Assembly (NCBI RefSeq): GCF_006345805.1
Contig: NC_043020.1
Location: 7,936,001-8,000,000 of the forward strand
Length of the DNA stretch: 64,000 nt
DNA from: Octopus sinensis
Lineage: Eukaryota
Direction: 5' to 3'
The position numbers and the translations under genes were made by a program. The notes under the pieces are model-generated. The model ran no database searches and was not told where the DNA came from. It saw only the letters and a program-made list of their open reading frames with translations. Positions 23,748 through 35,772 of the stretch are shown here, piece after piece. The first letter of the stretch is position 1. Each line of letters begins with the position of its first letter.

Positions 23748-25629
23748 GTAAGTTGCTCGCCGTTGATCAATGTAACAGCGAAATAAATCTCTGTCAGTTG
23801 TCATTTGTTTTGCTGCTGTCACCGCCACTGTTGCCGTTTTTGGAATAACAATCGCGAAGGTTTCATTCTTAGAACTCGGAACCAAATGTCTTGTCAACAA
23901 GTTCTTAACTGTCCATAGCATGCAAACTGTTTGCTTTGTTAAAGTAAATTCTTGGTTTGTGGAACAAATACTTCTAAAATAATGGACCATATATGTGCTC
24001 ACTCTTAGGACAAACTATCTTGTCTGTCTGTCTGTCTCTCTGTCTCTCTCTGTCTCTCTATGTCTCTCTCTCTTTCTCTTTCTCTCTCTCTCTCTCACTC
24101 GCTCTCTCACTCTCTCTCTCAACAAATTCTATTTCTTTTTTAATATAGGAATTGTTTCTTACTTTTCTGAAATTATAAAAATTTTGCATCTCCATCAACA
24201 ATCATTTTACCATTTTTAAAATGGGCATATGCTAGTTCTTGGATTAAAATCTCTCTGCCTACCTGTCTGTCTGTCTGTCTGTTTCCCTTTCTCTCCCTCC
24301 TCTCTCAATAAATCCACTACTTACCATATCACTTGGTTTGATTTTTTTTTTTTCATTGCTAGTTCATTATAACAATAAACCATTTTACTACCCAACTGGA
24401 TAGGCTGGACTTGACAGCTTAGCAACCGACCTTAGAGAAAGACATGTTTCACTCTAAACTGGGTAGATGGGGGCTTATCGATTGAAAGGATTTGCCCTGG
24501 AGTAATTACTGTCGTACCCAGAATGGGCTTAGATCCTTCTGACAATCAGCTTAACAGAACAATAGATGATGACATACATCTTCATTCTTAACAGATTTCA
24601 GTAGATTCGATCTTGAATATGTTAATTGCTGTCATATTTTACCTTCAGAGAACACCTCCTTTCAGACAATCTGTGTTGAGTTCATACTCAATTCATTGAT
24701 GTCAGAGGACTTCAGACACACTGGTGTTTTGACTTGGTCGTATCTTTTCAGTCAAAGCTACCCCCAGATCAGTGAATGTAAACAATAGTAGTGGCTCTTG
24801 TTTATAGAACCTGCCAGAATGTATTAAGAATGAATCTATACATCATTGTTTTTATTATAATTCTTCTGTGCACTTATGAATAGTAAATAATATGTTCTTT
24901 GTTGTAGAACACATAGGTGTCACAATTGCTGATAATCTCATATCCATGACATAACTACATGTGTATCTCAAAGACTAACCTTCTTCCTTCAGAGCCTGAA
25001 AAATATTTCAACTCCTAACAGTTGATGACTTTCTACAAAGCAAGTGTGGCCCACAGCGAAGTATTTCTTCTACATAAGGAATGGTACTGCAATACATACA
25101 TGTACACATCCTACACCACATTGAAAAAGAAAGCCATCCCTCTGATTGACAAAAACTGATTCTCCAACACCTTCCAACCTTTTCCCTACTAATCTACATT
25201 CTCATCACTCTGCCTTTCCCTACTGCTACTATAACAGTATTCTTCTCAGGTCTAGCTATTTACATACCACATGTTCTCAGTCTCTCTTACTCATCACCCT
25301 ATTCTATGGTTCCTTTCTCAGTCCCTTTACTAACCAGTCTACTGAGTCCAAGGTGCCATGCAGTGGGACTGAACCTAGAACCATGTGATTGAGAAGTAAC
25401 CTTCTTACCACACAGCCATACCTGCTTGCAGACATTAGCTGAATATTATGGGGATAAGGAGTGAATGTAATGGCTATAACCAGGCATCATATTCAGATTG
25501 CTGACGAGTTAAGAGTGAGGTTGATGTAAGGCAGATTATACAGAACATCAACCAAACTTCTTTGTGGTGTTTGGCTATTTGGTTGTATCCCTTTACATTT
25601 TGAATACAAATGCTGCGTGTCCTATAAGT

Positions 25630-25920
25630 GAAAGGATAAAGACCCCCTTCAGTCATGAATGTCCATGGGATTGCACCTAGAAAGTTCCCCTCCAAGGCAC
25701 TAGTCCAGGCAAGGTTGTTTATGGAAGACCAGCAGTCACCCATGCATATCAGCCTCTTCTCCTTGCGCTACTGACGTTATCCAAGGGAAAGGCAAAGGCT
25801 GATACAGCTTGGCACTCATTCCTACAGCTGAGTGAACTGGAGCAACATGAAATAAAGTATCTTGCTCAAGAACACAACACACAGCCTGGAATTGAACTTA
25901 TTACCTTATGATTGTGATTA
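25630..25920 (-). mobile_element. SINE family E (TTGAGCAAGACACTTTATTTC core), reverse orientation
   Basis: Reverse complement of 48035-48350. Confidence 0.8.
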
Positions 25921-26940
25921 GCATTATAATAATATTTGCTCCTGTCTTATTCACAAGACATTTGGTCCACATCATCATCATCATCATCATCATTTAACAT
26001 CTGATTTTCCATACTTGCATGGGTCAGACAGTACTTGTGGCAAATTTTCTTACAACCAGATGTCCTTCCTGTTAGAAATTGTCTCCTGTTTTCAAGCAAG
26101 GTAATATTTCTCCATGGCTAGGCATGGTTTTCTTGAAGACTGAAAATGAACAACATCCTTTGTATGACAGAGGTGCTCATTTACAATTATTACATGATGT
26201 CAAGACAAGGCTACATATGCACATGCACACACACACATGCACACACACACGCGCACGCACGCACACACACAGCAACACACACACACACACACACACAGTT
26301 TCTTTTAGTTTCAGTCATCCAAATCCACTCACAAGTCTTTGGTCAGCGTAGGACTATAGCAAAAGGCATTTGCCATGGTACCATACAGTGGGACTGAACC
26401 TGAGACTACAGGATTGGGAACCAAGCTTTTTAACCACATAGCCATGCCTGCAAGTCTTGTGTGTCCCATAAGCAAAGCCACACTTAACATTATGGTAATA
26501 TTGAAACCCTACCTTCAAATTCCAAGAAGGTTGATGTTGCCTTTCATTCTTTTTTTGCGGGGTCAACAAAATAAGTACCTGTTGAGCACTGAGGTTGATA
26601 TAATTGACTTTGCACCCTCCCCCAAACCTGCTGGCCTTGTTCCAAAATTTGAAACCAGTATTTAAAATCCTGCCTTATTTAGAAAACCCTTATCCATATG
26701 GAAAAGAAAGAAAAATGCCTCAAAAAATTGTGTAACGGAATTCAAAGAAAACCAAAATGATGCAATGTGGTGGTGGTGGTGGTGGTGGTGTAGACACAGG
26801 TTTAGCCCTTTGATTAAGACATCCACTTTCCAGTCATGAGATCTTGAGTTCAATCCTGTTATTATGCGGTGTCTTGGTCAAGTTCTCTTTTACTGTAACC
26901 TCAAGTCAACCTGTGCCTTGTGACTGAAACTAGGGCAACA

Positions 26941-27146
26941 GAAACTGTGCTGAAACCTGCCAATTGGATTGTATGTATAACTGAAATATCATCTAGTATT
27001 GATCCAGCCAGAAAGTTAATGTTAAGAGTGCGTATGTCTGTGGAAACTGTGCTGAAACTTGCCAATTGGATTGTATGTATAACTGAAATATCATCTAGTA
27101 TTGATCCAGCCAGAAAGTTTAATGTTAAGAGTGCATATGTCTGTGG
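26941..27146. repeat. Tandem duplication, 102-bp unit x2
   Basis: GAAACTGTGCTGAAAC at 26941 and 27043. Confidence 0.9.
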
Positions 27147-27544
27147 AGTACTCAGCCATGTACACATTAATTGAATGAGTAGGGCATTCAGTTGATTGAA
27201 CAAACAAACGAACGAATGTTCGTCATTGAAACCAACAAAGAATCCATCCATCCATCATCATCATCATCATCATCCTCATCATCATCATCATCATCCTCAT
27301 TGTCATCGGTGATGGTGATGGTGGTAGCAGCGGTGGTGGTGTAATGAATTCGCTGCACGTTGTTCTCTTTTGTTTTGCAGCTAATTAATTGCCTTTGCAG
27401 ATGCAACCTGGTGAAACAAGGCAGTCGATGCCGTAATTGGATGCTGCAACCTGCACACCTACCCATGCATCTACCCCTTTCCCCTCCGCCTCCTAACTCA
27501 AGTAGCCGTTTTAGTCACTAGGTTCGATTCCACCGTTCACCTTG

Positions 27545-28440
27545 ACCCTTCTCTTCTTCTCCTCCTCCTTATGCTCACCTCCACCACCTTTCATGATTTT
27601 CCTCTACTTCTCTCATCATCCTCTGCCTCTTCTTTCTTCTCTTCCTCATCTTTTGTCTCCTCTTCTCTTCCTCCTGATTTTTCTTCCCTTCCCAGTCTTC
27701 TTTTTTCTCCTCCCCTCCTCCTCCTCTGCTTCCTTCTCTCTTCCTCCTCTTCTGCTTCCTTCTCTCTTCCTCCACTTCTGCCTCCTTCTCTCTTCCTCCT
27801 TTTCTCTTCTGCTTCCTTCTCTCTTCCCCCTCTTCTGCCTCCTTCTCTCTTCCTCCTCTTCTGCTCCACTCTATTCTCTTCCTTCTGCTTCTTCTCTATA
27901 TCCTCTTCATGCCTCATCTCTCTTCCCTTTTTCTCTTCTGCCTCCTACTCTCTTCTCTTCCTTCTGCTTCCTTCTCTCTTCCTCCTCTTCTGCCTCCTTC
28001 TCTCTTCCTCCTTTTCTCTTCTGCTTCCTTCTCTCTTCCCCCTCTTCTGCCTCCTTCTCTCTTCCTCCTCTTCTGCCTCCTACTCTCTTCTCTTCCTTCT
28101 GCCTCCTTCTGTCTTCCTCCTGTTCTCTTTTGCCTCCTCTTCTCTTCCTTCTCCCTTCCTCCACTTCTGCCTCCTTCTCTCTTCCTCCTCTTCTGCCTCC
28201 TCTCTTCCTCCTCTCTTCCTCCTTTTCTCTTTTGCCTCCTCTTCTCTTCCTTCTTCTCCTCTTCCTTCTCCCTCCATTTTCTCCTTTCTCTTCCTCCCCT
28301 CTTCTCTTCATTTCGTCCTACTTCTCTTTGTTTTCTTCTTCTTCTTCTCATTCACTTCCTCCTCTCCTTATTTCTCTACCCTCTTTATTGGTTACCATAT
28401 TTGTTATTGGTCCTCTGCCTTTTGAAACCTTCTTCTCTCT
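27545..28440. repeat. Pure-pyrimidine (CT-rich) minisatellite with CTTCTCTCTTCCTCCTCTTCTGCCTC-like units
   Basis: Directly visible; source of the S/L/F and E/K/R ORFs. Confidence 0.9.
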
Positions 28441-28654
28441 CTCTCTCTCATGTTGCATATCTCCTCCCCCACACTCTATAAGCTATAGTCTCACTTCTCT
28501 AATATTTTTCTCTTTTCTTCCTCTTCTCTATTCTATTATTCTTAAACTCATTTGCTCTCATTCTTCAACAATCATTTTCTCTTTTTTCTCTCTTTTTATC
28601 TTGTCATTTCCTTCCTAAATCTTCTACCTAGAACCTTTCTCTTGATTTCTCCTT

Positions 28655-28775
28655 CCTCCCACCTCACTTTCACCTCCTCTCACCTCACTTTCACCTCCTC
28701 CCACCTCACTTTCACCTCTTTCCATCTCACTTTCACCTCCTCCCACCTCACTTTCACCCCCTCCCACTCACTTTC
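28655..28775. repeat. 21-bp minisatellite CACCTCACTTTCACCTCCTCC, about 5 copies
   Basis: Directly visible (HLTFTSS repeats in the ORF track). Confidence 0.85.
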
Positions 28776-29544
28776 TTCTGCTGTCACAATCAGTGTTTCT
28801 CCTCATCCTGCCATCACCAGTCTCTCCCCCCCCCGCTTCTTGTCACCATCAATTTTTCTCTTTTTCCTGCCACTATTAATCCTTCTCTGTCATCATCAAT
28901 CTTTCTCATCTGTCGTCATCAATCTTTCTCCTCTATCACCATCAGTCTTTCTCCTCCTGCTACCCACCATCATCTCCTATTTTATATTGCAATTCCAACA
29001 TCAACCTTACCCTATGTCTCCTACCATTTTATAAATGCCTTCTTATGCTCCATTTTCCCTAAGCCTACCCTTATCAAGCAGATCTAAGACCAAATGCCTT
29101 CTAGCCATGACCATACATATTTTTTTTTGGAGTCCCATACATATTTGTATCTATATCCAATGTTTTTCCTTTTTGGAGAGAGTAGGATGTGATTTAGGTG
29201 ACATTAAGCTATTGTTTCTTGGAAATTGAACAACCAGGTATTTGTGTCCTTCTTGACTCAGACTCCCTCAGATGGTGAGAGATAGGAAGGTGGAGATTGT
29301 ATTTCCATATGTTGTTTTAATTCTATTTGGTTGTTTGAAGCAATTAGATTAGTGATGTTGTGGTCCATGCCTTGCTTAGGGCCCTTAACACAAGAGGTAA
29401 AATGAAGACTAATATTGTGATAATGTCAGATCTTTGTGGTTTAACGCACAAAGCCCAATTTTAAGAATTCCAACAGAGATGTCATTTTTCATGACAGTTA
29501 TGAAAACCACAGCCGTGCTTTTGAGAAATTATCAGTAAAAAAGT

Positions 29545-29710
29545 TACAGGAGTGGCTGTGTGGTAAGTAGCTTGCTTACCAACCACATGGTTCCGGGTTC
29601 ATTCCCACTGCGTGGCACCTTGGGCAAGTGTCTTCTACTATAGCCTCGGGCCGACCAAAGCCTTGTGAGTGGATTTGATAGACGGAAACTGAAAGAAGCC
29701 CGTCGTATAT
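29545..29710 (+). mobile_element. SINE family A, 5' half
   Basis: CAGGAGTGGCTGTGTGGTAAGTAGCTTGC...GAAAGAAGCCCGTCGTATAT. Confidence 0.88.
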
Positions 29711-30376
29711 AGGACTTATCATGAGTTATGATTACGAGCTCACTTCCTTGCAGTGCATTGTGTCCTTGAGCAAGACACTTTATTTCATATTGCTCCAGTT
29801 CACTCAGTTGGCAAAAATGAGTAGCACCTGTATTTCAAAGGGCCCGACCGTATCACAATCCCCCTGAGAACTACATGAAGTGTACATGTGTCAGTGGAGT
29901 GCTCAACCACCTGCACATTAATTTTACAAGCAGGCTATCCCATTGATCATATCAATAGGGACCCTCATTGTCATAACGGATGGAGTGGCGGTCATGCAGA
30001 ACAACATTTCATCATTTTAATGTCTATTTTTCTATGCTCACTTGGGTTGGACAGAGTTCATTGATGCAGATTTTCTATGGTTGGATGTCTTTCCTGTTAC
30101 CAGCCTGCTCCTGTTTCCAAGGTAATATTTCCTATGGCCAGATGTATTTTCACTGAGTTTTGCAAATGAACGACACCGGTTGTATGACAGTGAGACTCGT
30201 TTACAACTATCAGGCAATTTACAACTATCAAATTTAAAAGAAGGATATATTATGCCTTAGGAAAGATTGAATAATCACAGCTTGAATGCCTTTCATCACA
30301 GGTATGCTCAGTCATGGACAACTATCAAGACATGGAGACACAAACACAAACATACCCATGCCCACACACACACACA

Positions 30377-30422
<46 letters not shown>

Positions 30423-30429
30423 TATATAC

Positions 30430-30975
30430 ATACTCTCTTCTACTCTTTTACTTGTTTCAGTCATTTGACTGTGGCCATGATGGAGCACCGCCTTTAGTCG
30501 AGCAAATCAACCCCGAGACTTATTATTTGTAAGCCCAGTACTTATTCTATCGGTCACTTTTGCCAAACCGCTAGGTGACGGGGATGTAAACACACCAGCA
30601 TCTGTTGTCAAGCAATGCCAGGGGGACAAACACAGACACACAAATACACACACACATACATATATATATACGACAGGCTTCTTCCAGTTTCCATCTACCA
30701 AATCCACTCACAAGGCATTGGTCGGCCCAGGGCTATAGCAGAAGACACTTGCCCAAGATGTCACGCAGTGGGACTGAACCCGGAACCATGTGGTTGGTTA
30801 GCAAGCTACTTACCACACAGCCATTCCTGCATACATTCAGTTTCCATCTACCAAGTCCACTCACAAAGCTATGGTTGACCAGGGGCTACAGTAGAAGAAA
30901 CTTGCCCAAAGTGCCATGCAGTGGGACTGAACCTGGAATCATGTGGTTGGCAAGTAAACTGCTTAACTACAGAGC
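30430..30975 (-). mobile_element. SINE family A full copy (30430-30830) plus a second head (30835-30975)
   Basis: Reverse-complement match to family A. Confidence 0.88.
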
Positions 30976-32164
30976 CATGTCTATATTTCTGTAGAAATTT
31001 TCAATGAAATTGGACCTTATTTGTTAAACCAAAATTATCATTCTATAATGTTTGTGCTAACATGCATATTATTGTTGTAGGTCAAGGAATATCAATTAAT
31101 TCATGAATTTATAATCATAACACCCTCACACCTAAGCGAAGGAATTCATTATCAGTTGTGGTTAATAAATATAGGAGAGATAACCTTGAAATTGAATTTC
31201 AAATTAATTAAAAATAAAGTATGGATGATACAGTGGTGAGTAAGCAGTAACTTTGATTTTGGCAGTGGTTGAATAACCCTAGACAGGTTTCATTTTTGTT
31301 AGGCCTCCTCAGCAAAGATCTGTCTTTACCAGTTGTAGCAGTCAACAGAGACTTAGAGGGGTGTGTGTGTGTGTGTACTTTTCTCAATGTGGTATGGTCT
31401 CAAGTTTTTAATGATATATAAGGAAACTAAAAATATGTAGACAATCTCCTCTAGATCTTGTAGAAATCACTGACTCCATTGGCCCCTTGTATATGTTGTT
31501 CTTGTTTAACCCCAAGGCAGTCCATGACTGAGCATACCTGTGATGAAAGGCATTCATTGTCTCCCCACCATCACTTGACAACCAATGTTGGTGTGTTTAT
31601 GTCCCCGTAACTTGGCAGTTCAGCAAAAGAGGCTGATAGAATAAGTACTATGTTTACAAAGAATAAGTCCTGGGTTTGATTTGTTCGACTAAATGTGGTG
31701 CTCCAGCATGGCCACTGCCAAATGACTGAAACAAATAAAAGAATAATAGAAAACAACACATTAACAAATATACAATGGAATTTTGCATTGCAGCTACGAC
31801 CCCTAACCTCTTACCATAACCTTAATTGTAACCCTAACCCCTCGTACTAAGTCCTAACCCTAAATCCTAATTACACGTAATGGTTTTTATTAGTTGCTTT
31901 AGGGACATAAACAACATATTGTAGGTGTCCATAATGTTGAGAATGGATACATCTGATTGCCTAAAATTACTGTGATTATTCTATGTTTGCTAAGGCATAA
32001 TATATCCTTCTTTTAAATTTGGTAGGTGAGCTGCTGTTTTTAGCAAATCAAGCAACCAATGCAAAAGCCTCATCTTGTGGCTATTTGTTGTCATCCTTAA
32101 TCAAGAACCCATAATCAGACAATCTAGCCATGAACATATCATCTTTTTTTTTTATGCCACACAT

Positions 32165-32590
32165 AGTGTGCAGGAGTGGCTGTGTGGTAAGTAGCTTGCT
32201 TACCAACAACATGGTTCTGGGTTCATTCCCACTGCGTGGCACCTTGGGCAAGTGTCTTCTGCTATAGCCTTGGGCTGACCAAAGACTTGTGAGTGGATTT
32301 GGTAGACAGAAACTGAAAGAAGTCCGTCGTATATATGTATATATGCATGTGTGTGTGTATATGTTTGTGTGTCTGTGTTTGTCCCCCCACCCCACCCCAA
32401 CATTGCTTGACAACCAATGGTGGTGTGTTTACATCCCCGTATACTTAGCTTTACAGCAAAAGAGACCGATAGAGTAAGTACTAGGCTTACAAAGAATAAG
32501 TCCTGGGGTCGATTTGCTCGACTAAAGGTGGTGCTCCAGCATGGCCGCAGTCAAAATGACTGAAACAAGTAAGAGAGTAAAAGAGTATAG
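32165..32590 (+). mobile_element. SINE family A, full length
   Basis: tRNA-like head (TGGCTGTGTGG A-box-like, GGTTCATTCCC B-box-like), CORE-like CCTTGGGCAAGTG, (AAGAGTA)n tail. Confidence 0.92.
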
Positions 32591-33139
32591 TGTGTCAAGT
32601 AATACATAAATTATCCAATGTTTTTCTTCCTTTTCAAAGTGGTAGGGTGTAATCATGTGATCAGAAGAGAATCACCCACTACTTCTAGCGGATCAGGTGC
32701 ATATATTGTAAAGGCTCCTTCTTGGTGGTGGTGATGGTTGTGGCAGTGGTGCTGGTGCAAGTATATTACCATCTGTATGAGATATCTTTTACGCAGCTAT
32801 TTAGGAAATATCAAATGCAGCACTTTTATTTCATTACTAGGGTTGTTGTTGTTCTTGTCGTGGTCGTTGTTGTGGGTTTTTGTTGTTGTACTGTTCTGTC
32901 CGAGTGAGATATCCTTTCGTTAAAAGTAGTCAGTTTGAAAATATCAAATGCAGCACTTCTTGTTCATGTTGTTGTTGTTCTTGTTGTTGTTGTTGTTGCT
33001 GCTGCTGCGACTGTTTCAGTTATTGTTGTTGTTGTTGTTGTCGTCGTACAGTTCTGTCTATGCGAAAGACATTTTCAAAATATCAACTGCATTGCTTCTG
33101 CTCAACTTTCTTAGCACATTATCTACAGTGTATGTATAT

Positions 33140-34440
33140 ACATGGTGTGTGTGTGTGTGTGTGCGTGTGTGTATGTGTGTGTGTGTGATGTATGTGTGTG
33201 TGATGCATGTGTGCGTGTTATGTATGTATATGGTGTGTGTATGATGTATGTGTGTGTGATGTATGTGTGTGTGTTATGTATGTATATGGTGTGTGTATGA
33301 TGTATGTGTGTGTGATGTATGTGTGCGTGTTATGTATGTATATGGTGTGTGTATGATGTATGTGTGTGTGATGTATGTGTGTGTGTTATGTATGTATATG
33401 GTGTGTGTATGATGTATGTGTGTGTGATGTATGTGTGCGTGTTATGTATGTATATGGTGTGTGTATGATGTATGTGTGTGTGATGTATGTGTGCGTGTTA
33501 TGTATGTATATGGTGTGTGTATGATGTATGTGTGTGTGATGTATGTGTGCGTGTTATGTATGTATATGGTTGTGTGTATGATGTATGTGTTGGTGATGTA
33601 TGTGGTGTATGATGTATGTGTGCGTGTTATGTATGATATGGTGTTTGTGTATGAGTATGGGGTGATGTATGTGTGCGTGTTATGTATGTATATGGTGTGT
33701 GTATGATGTATGGTGTGTGTGATGTATGTGCGTGTTATGTATGTATATGGTGTGTGTATGATGTATGTGGTGTGATGTATGTGTGCGTGTTATGTATGTA
33801 TATGGTGTGTGTGTGTATGATGTGTGTGTGATGTATGTGTGCGTGTGTTATGTATGTATATGGTGTGTGTATGATGTATGTGTGTGTGATGTATGTGTGC
33901 GTGTATGTATGTATATGGTTGTGTATGATGTATGTGTGTGTGTGTGTTATGTATGTATATGGTGTGTGTATGATGTATGTTGTGTGTGAGTGTGTGCGTG
34001 TTATGTATGTATATAGTGTGTGTATGATGTATGTGTGTGTGTGTTATGTATGGTGTGTGTGTTATGTATGTATATGGTGTGTGTATGATGTATGTGTGTG
34101 TGATGTATGTGTGTGTGTTATGTATGTATATGGTGTGTGTATGATGTATGTGTGTGTGATGTATGTGTGCGTGTTATGTATGTATTGGTGTGTGTATGAT
34201 GATGTGTGGTGTGATGTATGTGTGCGTGTTATGTATGTATATGGTGTGTGTATGATGTATGTGTGTGTGATGTATGTGTGCGTGTTATGTATGTATATGG
34301 TGTGTGTATGATGTATGTGTGTGTGATGTATGCCTGTGTGATGTATGTGTGTGTGTTATGTATGTATATGGTGTGTGTATGATGTATGTGTGTGTGATGT
34401 ATGTGTGTGTGATGTATGTGTGCGTGTTATGTATGTATGT
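33140..34440. repeat. GT-rich minisatellite, unit about 56 bp (ATGATGTATGTGTGTGTGATGTATGTGTGCGTGTTATGTATGTATATGGTGTGTGT)
   Basis: Directly visible. Confidence 0.9.
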
Positions 34441-34719
34441 AGATGTGTGAGAAAATGAGGAAAGAGGACATCTTATATGATTATGGTAATAACAATAATA
34501 ATAATAATAATAATAAAATAATAATAATAATACAGCAAACTGTATTGCCTCTTTCCCTGTTTTTCCTTTTCGCCTTTCTTTATATCTTTTTCTCTTTCAT
34601 TTTCTTTTTTCTTACCATTCCTTAATATCCTTTTTCTTTTCTTTTTGTCTTGTTTTCTTTACTCTTCTGATTTTATTTTCTCTCCCTTTTCTTTTCTTTA
34701 CACGCTTTTCTGTTCTTCT

Positions 34720-34930
34720 TCTTCTTCTTCTTCTTCACGTTTTTTTTCCCCACCCACTTTTTCCTTTGGTTTTACTTTTTCTGTCTTTCTAGTTCTTTCT
34801 TCTTCTTCTTCTTCTTCTTCTTCTTCTTCTTCTTCTTCTTCTTCTTCACCTTCTTCTTCTTCTTTTTCTTCTTCTTTTTCTTCTTTTTCTTCTTCACCTT
34901 CTTCTTCATCACCTTCTTCTTCATCACCTT
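34720..34930. repeat. (TTC)n microsatellite
   Basis: Directly visible. Confidence 0.9.
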
Positions 34931-35454
34931 CTCGTCTCCATCATTTCCAGCTAGTTGAAGGTGTGGCATCCAGCGACAGCCACCATCTTGAACACAAACA
35001 CCTACAACCTATCTCCCCACCCCACCCATCTCTTTCGTCCCCTTTTCTCCCCCTCTCCACCCCCCCCCCCCCCCCTTTGACCACCAACCAACCACACTGA
35101 TGTTGATGTCATTATCCTTGTTGCTGTTGTCTTCTTATTATTAGATGTTTCATTCTGCCTACACAGAAACATGCTATTGTCAAGATAACCAGCAAGCGCT
35201 TCACTTCTATTAAGTTATTAAGGTTGTTGTTGTTGTTGTTGTTGGTTCATGCTGCCATCTTGAGAATCACAACTTTGCTTTTCTCAGATATTATATTTGT
35301 CTTGTCTTGTTAAGTTAACCCAGTCCCAGCCTTGATAGAACAGACATGTCCAAAGATATTCCAGCTGTAACCATATCATTTACCTGCCAATATGGGGTGG
35401 GCGTGGGGTTCAATGCCCTATGAGGCAATGCCCCCAGCAAAGGAATAAGTTTTG

Positions 35455-35772
35455 TAGGAACAGATGAACAAGAAGCCTAATGAAACCCAGCTCAAGGGGA
35501 GAAGATGGGGTTGGCTGCGACACACCCTATAGAAACCTGTTTCCGACATTACATGGCAAGCCCTCAAATGGGGGAATGAAAGTATGGAAGAGCAAAAACA
35601 TGAAGAAGGTCCACAGAAACCATAACACTGGTAATGGATTTTAGCTGACTCAGGTGTAGCCCCCTGATACACCTGTGTCAGCTAAAATCCATTACCAAAG
35701 ATTGTGACAGATGGGGATCTCTTGTTGACACCGTCCACTCCACATGGAATCAAAGAGTTAAGAATAAGAATA
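35455..35772 (+). mobile_element. Decayed RTE/RTE-X LINE 3' end
   Basis: GRRWGWLRHTL*KPVSDITWQALKWG...GRAKT*RR...QLKSITKDCDRWGSLVDTVHST fits RRW.W.GH.LR......AL.W....GRP..TW..R....DR..W..LV. Confidence 0.7.
35629..35697. other. Near-perfect hairpin: 30-bp stem with 1 mismatch and a 9-nt loop
   Basis: TGGTAATGGATTTTAGCTGACTCAGGTGTA-GCCCCCTGA-TACACCTGTGTCAGCTAAAATCCATTACCA. Confidence 0.92.

Noticed and set aside
24385-24540. Possible RTE 5' UTR with an HDV-like ribozyme
   Set aside because: There is only a faint resemblance to RTE leaders, and I could not fold the nested double pseudoknot.
24643-24810. Minus-strand exon with good sites (TTCTGGCAG| ... GAAG|GTAAAA)
   Set aside because: All three frames contain stops; only a terminal or non-coding role is possible, and nothing else supports it.
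27542-28618. Long ORFs (up to 358 aa) in CT-rich DNA, and similar ORFs over (TA)n, (CA)n, (CAT)n and (GT)n tracts
   Set aside because: They are open only because low-complexity sequence lacks stop codons; overlapping ORFs occur in several frames and both strands.
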